A DNA stretch of 64,000 bases. It comes from Mobula hypostoma (taxonomy: Eukaryota). The notes beneath the pieces were generated by a model, which was not told where the DNA came from, did no database searches, and saw only the letters and a program-made list of their open reading frames with translations. The number at the start of each line of letters is the position of its first letter. Position 1 is the stretch's first letter. Made by a program: the position numbers and the translations under genes. Positions 25,235-38,235 of the stretch are shown here, in pieces. The stretch lies in assembly GCF_963921235.1 (NCBI RefSeq), contig NC_086108.1:4712001-4776000 (forward strand), in the 5' to 3' direction.

Positions 25235-26080
25235 GTTACACACACAAAATGCTGGGGGAGCTCAGCAAGTCGGGTGGCAGCTAGTATCTTACAGGTGTTA
25301 AGATGTCCACATCTGCAGAATCTCCTGTCTTTAGGTTTTGTGTTGTCTGCACTACATGCCTGCTACCACGCACAAAATGCCGGAGCAACTCAGCTAGTCA
25401 GACAGCATTTGTGTCCAGAGCAACTCACACAAAATGCCGGAGGAACTCAGCAAGTCAGACAGCAGCTATGGAAATGAATAAATTGTTGACGTTTTGGGCC
25501 AAGACCCTTATACAGGACTGGAAATGAAGGGGGAAGACACCAGAATAAAAACATTGGGGGGCAGGGAGACAAGCTGGAAGGTGATAGGTGAACCTAGGTG
25601 GATGGGAAAGGTAAAGGGCTGGAGAGGAAGGAATCTGATAGGAGAGGAGAGTGAACCACAGGAGAAAGGGAGGTGATTGGCAGGTGAGATGAGGTAAGAG
25701 GCAGAGATCACAGGGGGGAGCTGTAAGAAGGTGTCTCACTGAACTCCCGGCAAAGAGAAGGTTTAAACTTCTTCAGGGTAGGCGTCCCTCAAAGAGACGG
25801 CAGTAGAGTAGCAAATCATGAGCATGAGGGGTTCTGCAGATGCTGGAAATCCAGAGCAACACACGCAAAATATTGAAGGAACTCAGCGAGTCAGGTAGCA
25901 AGTCAGAAAGGAATACACAGTCAACGTTTCAGTTAAAGATCCTTATCAGGGTCTGAAGAAGAGATCAGCCTGAAACGTTGACTGTTTATTCCTCTCCATA
26001 GATGCTGCCTGACCTGCTGAGTTCCTCCAGCATTTTGTGCGTGTTGCTCTGGATTTCCAGTATCCAGAACTTCTCATGTT
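25235..26080. mobile_element. Cluster of PLE pLTR fragments
   Basis: Repeated cacaaaatgc.ggaggaactcagc ends, a purine tract, and a palindromic copy at 25825-26080. Confidence 0.75.
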
Positions 26081-27541
26081 ATGCTACTATAGGCCTCATA
26101 AGACCTTTGGTATGTGACGGTGAACTGCACTTATCCATGCAAGTGAAAACTGGAGGAACAAAGAGCCCCTGAAAATACACAGCAGGGCATTCAGCGTCCT
26201 AGAGAAAATTCAGCATCATCTCATGGACGATGATCGAGGAATTCTGACTTGGGACTGTACACAAGACGTTCATACTTGCTTCTCTCATAAACAAAATGAC
26301 CAGATCCCATTTCCTACAAAGTTGATGCAGCACCATCATGTTAAAAATGATCAGCTGAAATATACGAATGATGGAGCAAACTCCAACACTGATTCTCCTG
26401 CACAAGTCTGTCAGCCACTTCCAGCAGGACACTGAAGCAGATGAAGCCTTTACAAGACAAACGAGTAAAATCTTTATCGATGCATCCCAAAAAGCATCTT
26501 CTCCAGATACAGCATGGCTTGGTATGATAACTACTCTCTCTTTGGCCGCAAGTAACTGCAGAGGGTTGTGGACACCTCCTAGCGCATCAGGGAAAATAGC
26601 CTTCCCTCCATCGACCTTATCTATACTTCTCACTGCCTCAGTAATCAAAGACCCCACCCACCCCAGACACTCTCTCTTCCTCCCTCTCCCACAGGGCAGA
26701 AGATACGAAAGCCCGAAAGCATGTCCCACCAGGCCAAAGGACAGCCCTAGTATGATAAGATGGACCCTTGACCTCACAATCCACCTCACTGTCTACCTGC
26801 ACTGCACTTTCCTTGTAACTGCAACACTTTATTCTGCATTCTGTCATTGTTTTAACCTGTTCTACCTCAGTACATTGCGGTAATGAAATGATCTGTATGG
26901 ATGATGTGCAAAGCAAAGTTTTTCACACAAAATGCTGAGGAACTCAGCAGGTCAGGCAGCATCTACAGAGAGGAATAAACAGTCGATGTTTCAGGCCAAG
27001 ACACTGAATCAGGATTTTCATCTTTCACCGTACTTTGTATCATGTGAAAATAATAAATCAACTTACCAATTTAAATGTATTAAGTTCAAGTTCAATTGTC
27101 ACCATGCATGAATACCCATGAATACAGTCAAACGAGACAGTGTGCCTCTGGGGCCAAGGTGCAAAACAGAGTACCAGCAGTCACACACAGACAAACAGAG
27201 TCATACTCTATTAGAACTCAAATAGAGTTTTGTGTTATTAGTTTAGGCAGATTGTATTTGTCTATTATTGTGACTTAGATGAAGATCAGAACACGTTTTA
27301 TGAGTAATTAATGCAGGAAATCAGGTAATTGCAAAGAGTTCACTATTTTTTTCTTGCAACTGTATATGATATATATTTACTGTAATTTACAATAATAATA
27401 TTTTTATTGTGTATTGCATTGTACTGCTGCTGTATTACAACCATTTTCACAACATACGCCGGTGATATTAAACTTGATTCCGGCCCTCGTTCCCGTACCA
27501 GCGTGTCACACAGCTGTTAAAGTGAACAGGATTGTTCTCAC

Positions 27542-27688
27542 CTGTCGGGACCAACTTTGTGTCGACTGGACGAGATGTTTCCAGACCCCGGAGAGGAGAA
27601 GCTTCCGGAAGGATTTCGGAAAGGTGCAATTCTCTCCGCTGCAGCAGTTGACGGTGTATTGTACAAAGTTTCTGGGTAGCTGACCGGC
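27542..27688 (-). CDS. Host-gene exon (147 nt, phase 2-2)
   Basis: Acceptor tctgtctcgcag|, donor AG|GTGAGA; open frame (R)PVSYPETLYNTPSTAAAERIAPFRNPSGSFSSPGSGNISSSRHKVGPD; CpG-rich unique sequence between repeats. Confidence 0.7.
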
Positions 27689-27697
27689 CTGCGAGAC

Positions 27698-28475
27698 AGA
27701 ATCAGAATCAGTTTTGATATCATTGGCATATGTCGTGATAGTTGTTAACTTTACAGCAGCAGTGCAATGCAATACATGATAAATAAATATGGAGAAAAAA
27801 TGAATTATAGTAAATATATATGTTTTAAATAGTTAAGTTAGAATAAGTAGCACAAAAAAAACAAACAAAAAATTAGTTTGGTCGTGTTCAAGGGTTCAAC
27901 ATCCATTTGGAAATCGGATGGCAGAGGGAAAGAAGCTGTTCCTGAATCTCTGAGTGTGTGCCTTCAGGCTTCTGTACCTGCTTCCGAATGGCAGCAATGA
28001 GAGGAGGGCTTGTCCTGGGTGATGGGGGTCCTCGCTGATGGATGGCGCCTTCATGTCTTTGCTACTACGGAGGCTGGTACCCATGATGGAGCTGACTAAT
28101 CTTACAAATTTCCGCAATTTTCTTTGATCTTTTTGCAGCAGACTTCACCGTGCCCCCCCCCCACCCATACCAGATGGTAATGCAATCAATCAGAATGCTC
28201 TGCACGGAACATTTGTAGAAGTTTTTGAGTGGTTTAGGTGACAAACCAAGTCTCCTCAACCTTCTAATGAAATATAGCTGCCTTCTTACCTTCTTTATAG
28301 CTAGGCAGCTGCATCAATATGTTGGGTTCAGGTTCCATCCTCACCCAGAAACTTGAAATTGTTCACTCTGTCTACTTTTGATCCCTCTATGAGGAGTGGA
28401 GTGTGTTCCCTCGTCTTACCCTTTCTGAACTCCACAATCAGTCCTTTGGTCTTGCTGATGCTGAGTACAAGGTTG
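27698..28475 (-). mobile_element. Rex1/Babar 3' fragment
   Basis: ORFs 27896-28117 and 28065-28259; tail abuts the exon acceptor. Confidence 0.85.
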
Positions 28476-29738
28476 GAATATTTGGCAAATTTGACCATAC
28501 GAAATGCTAAGTATTGAATGAGAGTTTAGTGACATTGATAGAAATCTCTACTGTAAAATTTAACTTTTACAGGGTACTAATTTACTCTTTATTATGTGGG
28601 AGACTTCTTCTAAAGCACATTGCGAAGTGGTCAACAGTGGAGCATAGTGGTTGTTGTTACAGTGCCAGCTTTCACCGATCAAGGTGTAAATCCCGCTGCT
28701 GTCTGTAAGGAGTTTGTACATTTTCCCCGTGACCGCGTGGGTTTCCCCCAGGTGCTCCAGTTTCCTCCCACAGTCCAAAGACATACCAATTGGTAGGTTA
28801 ATTGGTCATTGTAAATTGTCCTGTGATTAGGTTAGGATTAAATTAGGGGATTGCTGGGCGGCGTGGCTCGAAGTGCCGGAAGGGTCTATTCTCGATAACC
28901 AAACAAATCAATAAATTCCCACTGCTGTCTGTAAGCAGTTGGTCCATGGGTTTTATCCGGGCACTCGTTTCATCACACACTCCAGAGATTCAAAAATCCA
29001 AAGTACATTTATTATCGAAGTATGTATGCAGTATACAACCCTGAGAGTCATCTTCCCACAGACAGCCACGAAAAAAAGGAACACCATGGAACCCAAATCA
29101 CACAAAAGGCTAAAAAACAAGTGAAAAACACGGTATATAAAACACAAAAATGTAAGAATCCAGGCATATTCAGTTCAGGTCTAGCACTGTGTGGTTCATT
29201 ATTTTGCAGGCCGCCCAATCAATATCGCACAAAATAGCAACGATAAAAAGCAGCAAGCAGAAAAAAGAAACACATTATAACATGAACTGTATCGATTCTC
29301 CGGAATTTAGTGCATTCATTGGCAATTTTGCTCCATAGGTCTTTGCCTAGCAAGGAACTGGCTAGATACTGCACACTGCCAAGTAGAGATGGAAAATGTA
29401 TCAAATTCACATACAGTTACAGAGCACTACAGCACAGAATCAGGACCTTAGGCCTATCTAGTCAATGCTGCATTGTTATTCTGCCTAGACTCATCGACAC
29501 ACACCCGGACCATTGCCCTCCATTCCCCGCCATCCATATACTTATCCAAACATCTCTTAAATGTTGCAATCAAACCCGCAGTCACCACTTTAATTGGTAA
29601 CTCATTCCACACTCTCTGAGTGAAGAAGCTCCCCCTCAGGTTCCCCTTTAACATTCACCTTTCACCCTTAACCTATGACCTCTATTTCTATTTTCACACA
29701 AATTCAGTGGAAAAAGCCTGCTTGCATTTACCCTATCT

Positions 29739-30125
29739 TGTTCATTCATTAAGTGCCGTGTCGTATGACGTGGACGATCACGGTCTTTCCATGACCATGA
29801 TTGTTCTTGGCAAATTTTTCTGCAGAAGTGGTTTGCCATTGCTGTCTTCCGGGCAGTGTCTTTACCGAGACGGGTGACCCCAGCCATTATCAAAACTCAG
29901 AGATTGTCCGCCTGGCGTCAGTGATCACATAACCAGGACTTGTGATATGCATCAGCTGCTCATACGACCATCCACCACCTGCTCCCATAGCTTTATGTGA
30001 CCCTGATCCGGGGGGGTGGGCTAAGCAGGTGCTACACCTTGCCCAAGGGTGACCTGCAGACTAGCAGAGAGAAAGAGCATCTTATACTTCCTTTGTTAGA
30101 GACGTATATCCACCCCGCCAGCCGA
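29739..30125 (-). mobile_element. Family A copy inserted in CR1, 11-bp TSD
   Basis: TTACCCTATCT at 29728-29738 and 30126-30136; CR1 (29415-30285) is continuous across it. Confidence 0.85.
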
Positions 30126-30559
30126 TTACCCTATCTATACCCCTCATAATTTTGCATTCCTCTATCAAAAGTTCCCGATTCTCCTACACTCCAGAGAATA
30201 AAATCCTAACCAATTCAACCTTTCCCTATAATTCAGGTCCTCAAGTCCTGGCAAAATGTTTGTAAATTTTTTCTGTACTCTTATTGATGTGTGATTTCAC
30301 ATGTTTTCTACACTCCAAGATGTAGGCTCTTGGATATAGTTCATTTTAACTCCAGCTTTCAGGGAAATGACACCGTTCATATTCTGGTTTAGGTGTGTAT
30401 CACCCTGAAAGTGAAGGATGCTGTTGCTTTGAATTTTATCGGCAATGAGTAGTTCTGCGTTTTTGCGAATGAACATCACTAAGGGACTCTCGTGGACCAT
30501 CAACACAACCTCGGTGGTAGGGAAAACACAACAGTGACCATAGTACCTGAGGAGCTTAG

Positions 30560-31090
30560 TGGGAGCTAATCTGCCCCAAAAATCTCAAGCCAACTTTGAT
30601 CGATGTGCGACAGAGAGCATACTGACATATGGAATGTCAGGGTGGGACTCTAGCTGCAGCAAGACAGATCACAAAGCATTCCAATGGGTGATCAGGACGG
30701 CTCAGCACTCCACTGGGACTCAACTACTGGACTTGGAGCTGATCTGCATCTCTCGATGCCTACTGCGGCTCATAACATCACTAAAGACCCATCCCATTCC
30801 ATCCCAGACATTGTCCGTCCAATCTCCTGCCATCTGGTAGGAGATACAGAAACATCTTAGCCAAAACAGTAAGACTGAAATACAGCTTCTTCCCCAGGGC
30901 TGTTGTGCAGCTGAATAATGCTACACCCCGGCTTGCCAATGGCCTTTGACTGTTATGGACTATTGAAGACACTCGTCGCATGTAAATATGGGTATTTTTT
31001 GAAAATTAAGCTGCACCGCATGTATTGTAAATATCTGTTTTGCACTGCAATCCTGTTGTCTTGACAATGACAATAAAGTTCTATTCTATT
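30560..31090 (+). mobile_element. Rex1/Babar 3' fragment
   Basis: RCATESILTYG, LPSGRRYRNI, KYSFFP; (TTCTA)n tail. Confidence 0.8.
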
Positions 31091-31241
31091 CTAGTTGGAA
31101 CATGATAGAGAATTTCTGAAAGTGATTGTACACTTCCAACTGTTGCTGCAATTAAGTATAAATGGAAAATTCCATGCAGAATATGACCCGTCTACAACCA
31201 CTCTTTGCCTTCTGTGGGCAAGCCAGTTCTGAATCCACAAA

Positions 31242-31422
31242 CAACAGGAATTCTGCAGATGCTGGAAATTCAAGCAACATACATCAAAGTTGCTGGTGAA
31301 CGCAGCAGGCCAGGCAGCATCTATAGGAAGAAGCGCAGTCGACTAACTAAAAGTTAGTCCTGACGAAGGGTCTCGGCCTGAAACGTCGACTGCGCTTCTT
31401 CCTATAGATGCTGCCTGGCCTG
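31242..31422. mobile_element. Palindromic PLE mini-insertion with 13-bp TSD
   Basis: CTGAATCCACAAA at 31229-31241 and 31423-31435; hammerhead motif at 31356-31391. Confidence 0.88.
31356..31391 (+). ncRNA. Minimal hammerhead ribozyme motif
   Basis: Identical 36-mer to 7407-7442. Confidence 0.8.
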
Positions 31423-33883
31423 CTGAATCCACAAAGCAATGTCCCTTGGATCCCATGCCTCCTTACTTTCTCAATAAGCCTTGCATGGGGTACTTTATCA
31501 AATGCCTTGCTGAAATCCATATACACTACATCTACTGCACTACCTTCATCAATGTGTTTAGTCACATCCTCGAGAAATTAAATCAGGCTCGTAAGGCACA
31601 ACCTACCTTTGACAAAGCCATGCTGACTATTCCTAATCATGTTATGCCTCTCCAAATGTTCATAAATCCAGCCTCTCAGGATCTTCTCCATCAACTTACC
31701 AACCACTGAAGTAAGACTCACTGGTCTATAATTCCCTGGGCTATCTCTACTTCCTTTCTTGAATAAGGATACAACATCTGTAACCCTCCAATCATCCGAA
31801 CCTCTCCCGTCCTCATTGATGATGCAAAGATCATTGCCAGAGGCTCAGCAATCTCCTCCCTCGCGTCCCACAGTAGCCTGGGGTACATCTAGTCCGGTCC
31901 AGGTGACTTATCCAACTTGATGCTTTCCAAAAGCACCAGCACATTCTCTTTCTTAATATCTACATGCTCAAGCTTTTCAGCCCACTGTAAGTCACCCCTA
32001 CAACCACCAAGATCCTTTTCTGTAGTCAATACCGAAGCAAAGTACTCATTAAGAACCTCTGCTACCTCCTACGATTCCATTCACACTTTTCCGCTGTCAC
32101 ACTTGATTAGTCCTATGCTCTCACATCTTATCCTCTTGCTCTTCAAAACTTGTAGAATGTCTTGGTGTTTTCCTTAATCTTGTCCGCCAAGGCCTTCTCA
32201 TAGCCCCTTCTGGCTCTCCTAATTTCTTTAAGTTTCTTCCTGCTAGCCTTATAATCTTCTAGAGCTCTATCATTACTTAGTTTTTTTGAATCTTTTGTAA
32301 GCTCTTCTTTTCTTCTTGACTAGATTTACAGTAGCCTTTGTACATCATGGTTCCTGTACCCTACCATCCTTTCCCTGTCTCATTGGCACGTACCTATGCA
32401 GAACTCCATGCAAAATCCCCTGAACATTTGCCACATTTCTTTTGTACGTTTCCCTGAGCATACCAGTTTCCAATTTATGTTTCCAAGTTCCTGCCTGATA
32501 GCTTCATATTCCCCCTTACTCCAATTAAACGCTTTCCTAACTTGTCTGTTCTTATCCCTCTCCAATGCTATGGTAAAGGAGATAGAATTGTGATCACTAT
32601 CTCCAAAATGTTCTCCCACTGAGAGATCTGACACCTGACCAGGTTCATTTCCCAATACCAGATCAAGTACAGCCTCTCCTCTTGTAGGCTTATCTACATA
32701 TTGTGTCAAGAAACCTTCTTGAATACACCTAACAAACTCCACCCCATCTAAACCCCTCACTCTAGGGACATGCCAATCGATATTTGGGAAATTAAAATCT
32801 CCCACCACGACATCTGTTATTATCACACACCTTTCTAGAATCTGTCTCCCTATCTGCTCTTCGATGTCCCTGCTACTATTGGGTGGTCCATAAAACACCC
32901 AGTAGAGTTATTGACCCCTTCCTGTTCCTAACTTCCACCCACAGAGACTCAGTAAGACAATTCCTCCATGACTTCCTCCTTTTCTGCAGCCATGACACTA
33001 TCTCTGATCAACAATGCCACACCCCCACCTCTTTTGCCTCCCTCCCTGTCCTTTCTGAAACATTTAAAGACTGGCACTCGAAGTAACCATTCCTGCTCCT
33101 TAGCCATCCAAGTCTCTGTAATGGCCACAACGTCATAACTCCAAGTACTGATTCCATCCGCTTTGTTCATAATACTCCTTGCATTAAAATAGACACATCT
33201 CAAACCATCGGCCTGAGCACGTCCTTTCTCTATCACCTGCCTATCCTCCCTCTCGCACTGTCTCCAAGCTTTCTCTACTTGTGAGCCAGTTGCCTCTTCC
33301 TCTGTCTCTTCAGTTTGGTTCCCACCAGTCAGCAATCCTAGTTTAAACTCTCCCCAGTAGCCTTAGCAAACCTTCCCGCCAGAATATTGGACCCCGGGAT
33401 TCAAGTGCAACCCGTCCTTTTTGTACAGGTCGCTCCTGCCCCAGAGGAGGTCCCAATGATACAGAAATCTGAATCCCTGCCCCCTGCTCCAATCTGTCAG
33501 CCACGCATTTATCCTCCACCTCACTCTATTCCTATACTCACTGTCACATGGCACAGGCAGTAATCCCGAGATGACTACCTTTGTGGTCCTGCTTCTCAAC
33601 TTCCTTCCTAACTCCCTGTAGTCTGCTTTCAGGACCTCCTCCCTTTTCTTGCCTATGTCATTGGTACCAATATGTACCATGACCTCTGGCTGTTCTCCTT
33701 CCCACTTCAGGATATCGTGGACGAGATCAGAAACATCCTGGACCCTGGCACCTGGGAGGCAAACTACCATCTGTGCTTCTTTCCTGTGTCCACAGAATCG
33801 CCCATCTGACCCCCTAACTATAGAGTCCCCTATCACTGCTGGTACAGATTCTGCGAGAGGTGACATTGTAAGGTTGGTCTTAC

Positions 33884-33905
33884 CTGGGGACTACGGCACG
33901 GTCAC
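33884..33905 (-). CDS. Candidate 22-nt micro-exon
   Basis: Acceptor ttcttctctgctctctgctctgttgacag|, donor CAG|GTAAGA. Confidence 0.5.
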
Positions 33906-34617
33906 CTGTCAACAGAGCAGAGAGCAGAGAAGAACTCATGCTCAGGGCCTGCACCCACTTCCAGCACTCAGTACTCAGTACTGCACCCACTGGTATTGCA
34001 CAAGAAGACCTGAAACTCTGCAACACCATAGGAAGTCAATGCAAACGAAGCCCTGGCTTAACGTTTTAAGCTAAAATACTTCTTGCGTTTGCGCAATAAT
34101 TAAATAGTTTCACTGAAACTTGTATCGGCCTTTGCATACTTAACGAAATTGTTTTTACAGCTGTCTTTTTTTAGAATTTAAATTTCCATTGTATGCATAA
34201 AATGGATTGCAAAAGTCTCCAGTTTGTATTTGTTGGATTGCTGGTGTTAAGTGTACTCTAATAATAAAGTTTATTCTGAACTTTCAATTACTCTTCGTCT
34301 CATGTTCTTGATATTTTTTGCTTATTTATTATTATTTCTTTCTTTTTGTATTTGCGCAGTTTGTTGTCTGCTGTACTCTGGTTGAATGTCCAAGTTAGTC
34401 TGATGTTTCATAATTATTATTCTATAGATTTATTGAGTATGCCTGCAGCAAAATGAATCTCAGCATTGTATATGGTGGCAGATACTCAGATAATAAAATT
34501 TACTTTGAACTTTGAACCAAACATTTTTATTCACAGCTAATAAGTCATAGCTCTCCATAGTTTTATACAACTCTCTTTTTCTCCTTGCTACCTATAGCTT
34601 TGTAAGCAAGACCTTAC

Positions 34618-34866
34618 CGCTTGCTGCTCTTTGCTTGAGACTCGCTGTAGGTCGCTGGGGCTCCCGGTTGTCTAGAGGTTTGATTCCGGCTTGCTGCCTG
34701 AGTGTGGACATTCCCTGGCCATCGCTGGGACTGTAATGCATTGTGGATCATAGGAGCACTCCACTGCAGGCTGTTGGTCCTGTATGGCGGTCTCAAACCA
34801 GCAGGCATGCTTTCAGTCTCTGCTTTACTGTCTATTGTGTGCATTTCATACAATTCGGAGCAACCC
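34618..34866 (-). CDS. Host-gene exon (249 nt, phase 2-2)
   Basis: Acceptor gtttccttgcctgcatttcctcctag|, donor CG|GTAAGG; open frame GCSELYEMHTIDSK...SESQAKSSK(R) inside ORF 34614-34925. Confidence 0.72.
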
Positions 34867-35924
34867 CTAGGAGGAAATGCAGGCAAGGAAACAGAATTAG
34901 GACAACTGCTGAAATGATAGCTCATAAATCAAGCACTTACTACAAGAAAGGCTGAAAACTCAAGTTATTTATAATGCTGCATCAGCGCATTTCCCTGGAG
35001 ATCATCAAAAGAGCATTTTGCTTCCTGGAGCTGGTGAATACTTCATAATCAAAAAGATTCTGCAGATTTCTGCTTGAAATCCAGAGCAGCAAAGACTCAA
35101 AGTTCTGGGGGAACTCAGCCAGTCAGGAAGGATCTATGGAGAGGAATAAACAGTTGACATTTTGGGCCAAGACCCTTCATCAGGATTAGGAATGAAAGGT
35201 GAAGAAGGCAGAATAAGAAGGTAGGGGGAGAGGGGAGAAGTACAGCTGGCAGGTAAAGCTAAGACCAAGTGAGGAGAAGCTGGTAGGTGGAGAAGTTGGG
35301 AGACGTGAGAAACTGGTGGGGGATAGACACTTCAGGATGAGACCCTTCATCAGGACTACTTCAGAGTCAGAAAAACCAGAGTGCCGAGGAATCAGAATCA
35401 GAATCAGGCTCAATATCTCTGGCCTATGTTGAAAAAAAAGTATAATAAGTAGAGTAAAAAAGTGGAAAAAAATGTAGTGAAGTGGTTCAGTGTCCATTCA
35501 GAAATCAGCTGTTCCTGAATTGTTGAGTGTGTGCCTTCAGGCTCCTGTACCTCTTCTCTGATTGTAGCAATGAGACGGGGGCAGGTCCTGAGTGATGGGG
35601 TCCTCAATAATGGAAGTTGCCTTTTCGAGGCATCGCCTTTTGCAGACGTCGTGGATGCTGGGGAGACCGGTGCCCATGATGAAGCTGACTGAGTTCACAA
35701 CTTTATGCTGCTTATTTCAATTACTGTGACTTTCAGTAAACGCTACGATCGTTTTGACACCAGAACCCTACATTCTCTCATAGAAAGCATTTCTTTTGTT
35801 GCTGTCACCTTTATATTTCTCTGTAAGGATCTTTGCGCAGAGCATCGAGAGTTAATTCCCTATTCCCAACTCTCTGATCAATGATCCTTATATCCCAAGA
35901 TATTCTTAGTTACAAATTGAAAAG

Positions 35925-36900
35925 CCTAGAGTGGAGGTTGATAGGTTCTTGATCAGTAAAGATAAGAAAAGTTATGGGGAGAAGGCAGGAGAATTGGGCT
36001 GAGAAGGAAAATAAATCAGCCAAAGCAGACTTGATGGACTGAATGGCCTAATTCTGCTTCTCTGTCTTGTGGTCTTATGGGAATTAAGTTATACATTACA
36101 CACTTCGAGAGCTGGGATTAGTATTGACAGGTAACGGTTGGGTGAGCAGGTGAACCAAAGGGTCTGTTCCTATATTGTGTTTCTCTATAATTCCACTTAC
36201 AATAGGATTTAGGGGAGTCTCCTCAGTAAAGGATTACTAACCTGCTTACAAAAGGTTTCTGGGGAGTCTAGTACCAGAAGGCACAGGTTCAGAATAGAGG
36301 AACATGCATTTAGAACAGAGATGAGGAGGGATGTCTTTAGCCAGAGGTTGACAAGTCTGTGGAATTAATTGCTAGCTGCCCGTGGAGATCAAGTCATTGG
36401 GTATATTCAGAGTAGAGGTTAATAGGTTCTTGATTAGCAAGGATGTGAAATGGTACAGCGAGAAGTTAGGAGAATGGGGTTGAGAGGGACAACAAATCAG
36501 CCTTGATGGAATGGCAGAGCAGACTCGATGGGCTGAATGGCCGACCTCTGCTCCTATGTCTTATGGTCTTAAGTCCTCAGTTACTATCCGGGGGGGGGGG
36601 GGTGTGCACAAACAGGATAGAACCAGTGTGAAGCTCTATTCTCAAATGAGCCCTGCTTGTGTTGGTAGTTTGAGCAGAGCCTAGTGTCCTATTTAATTAA
36701 TATATTCATTGCCACAGGCGGCTGTAGAGGCCAAATGTTTGGGTATATGTAAATCAGGGGTTGATAGATCCTTGATTAGTGAGGATGTCAAAGATTACGG
36801 GGAGAAGGCAGCACAATGGGGTTGAGAGGGATAATAATTCAGCCAATATCGAATTGTAGAGCAGATTCGAAGGGCTGAATGGCCTAATTCTGCTCCTACG
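35925..36900 (+). mobile_element. Several CR1 3' end fragments
   Basis: Recurrent gttgataggttcttgat...gaatggcctaattctgctcct 3' ends. Confidence 0.8.
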
Positions 36901-37477
36901 TCTACCCACTTATTCCTGCACAAAGAATGATGCCTAACAAGAGTTTCAGAGCCCCCAAGATCAATGGAATAACCCCTCCAAGTAAGCATGAAAATAAAAT
37001 TCTACAAACACAACTCCAAACCACTCTCACTACTTGCTGAGCTAACACAATTATGGGAGCTTTTGCAGGCACTTGTGAACTGGTTACTTTGGGAGAAGAC
37101 ATTGTCTAATATTCTGGAAAGACAGTCAAATCCAAGGACACCAAGTTAGCTCTCAGAACTTGGTTGGAATCCAAGTTAAATGGTTTGGCTGTCTGTGGAT
37201 GGTGTGTGCATAATCTAAAATAGACAGGCAGCCAACAAGGAAGCCATTTATCAGGCTTGGCCAGAAGTGAATTAAGTACATTCTGAATCCAAAGCATATG
37301 ACGTTTCAAGCATGCAGAAGGGCAAGAAGGTTCTTGGCACATCGCAGTTGTGAAAGGAAACACTTTGTCCTGACAGATTAAATCACTTGTAAAATTTACT
37401 TCAGTGATGGTAAAATTTTCAAGTATGGCTGAAGAGCTTCATAACAAAATGTTCTTATTTTCCCAATAGGCAAGGAT

Positions 37478-37850
37478 TAGATAGATAGATAGATAGATAT
37501 ACTTTATTAATCCCGAGGGAAATTGGGTTTCGTTACAGCCACACCTACCAAGAATAGAGCATAAATATAGCAATACAAAAAACCCCAACAATCAAACACC
37601 AAAATGCAAATTATGCCAGATGGAAAATAAGTCCAGGACCAGTCTATTGACTCAGGGTGTCTGATCCTCCACGGGAGGAGCTGCATGTTCGATGGCCACA
37701 GGCAGGAACGACCTCCCGTGCCGCCCAGTGTTGTATCACAGTGGAATGTGGCCGAAGTCCAACAGTAAAAAGTTCAAGATCCAGTCTGCAAACATGTTCC
37801 TTGATCGTAATATGCCCCGGATTGCACCGTCCGTTGTTAGCCAGGTGGAA
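37478..37850 (-). mobile_element. Internally deleted Rex1-like element with (TCTA)n tail
   Basis: APE segment NNGRCNPGHITIKEHVCRLDLELFTVGLRPH fused directly to C-terminal RSFLPVAI segment. Confidence 0.65.
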
Positions 37851-38235
37851 CATTGTGGAATATCACCAAAAAGACTGGAAAATTTCTACATATGGAGAGC
37901 ACTCTGACTGGCTGCATCACCATCTGGTATGGAGGGGGGAGGGGGGTTACTGCACACAATCAAAGCAAGCTGCAGAGAGTTGTAAAATTAGTCGGCTCCA
38001 TCATGGGCACTTGCCTCCTTAGTATCCAGAACATCTTCACAGAGCAGTGCCTCAAAAGCCATGTCCATCATTAAAGACCTACATCACCCAAGACATGCCC
38101 TCTTCTCATTATTACCACCAGGAAGAAAGTACAGGAGCCTGAAGATACGCACTCAATGATTCACCGTGTTGTTAAAAACTGATTCTGGTTCTAAGCACCG
38201 TCCCTCAGAAAAGTGATGGTTTACCAAGAACAGAG

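Larger units (their letters stand above)
31170..33840 (-). mobile_element. CR1 LINE 5' part: SGNH-esterase ORF1, APE, RT start
   Basis: VIGDSIVRG..HIGTNDIG..DGLHLN (33363-33866); YFNARSI, VAITETW, GGGVALLI; VVGDFNFP, LDLVL, SDHN; VYMDFSKAFDKVPH. Confidence 0.93.

Noticed and set aside
26199..26883. 196-aa and 171-aa ORFs
   Set aside because: They run into a Rex1 fragment, have no recognisable domain and lack splice support
30297..30414. SAM-domain start (EPTSWSVE)
   Set aside because: Short chance similarity followed immediately by a stop, with no good donor
33363..33866. SGNH/GDSL esterase as a host or horizontally acquired gene
   Set aside because: It is the ORF1 esterase of a CR1 LINE, directly upstream of APE and RT
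34618..34697. Shorter 80-nt version of the exon (acceptor at 34698)
   Set aside because: Weak pyrimidine tract; the 34867 acceptor is much stronger and gives a symmetric open exon
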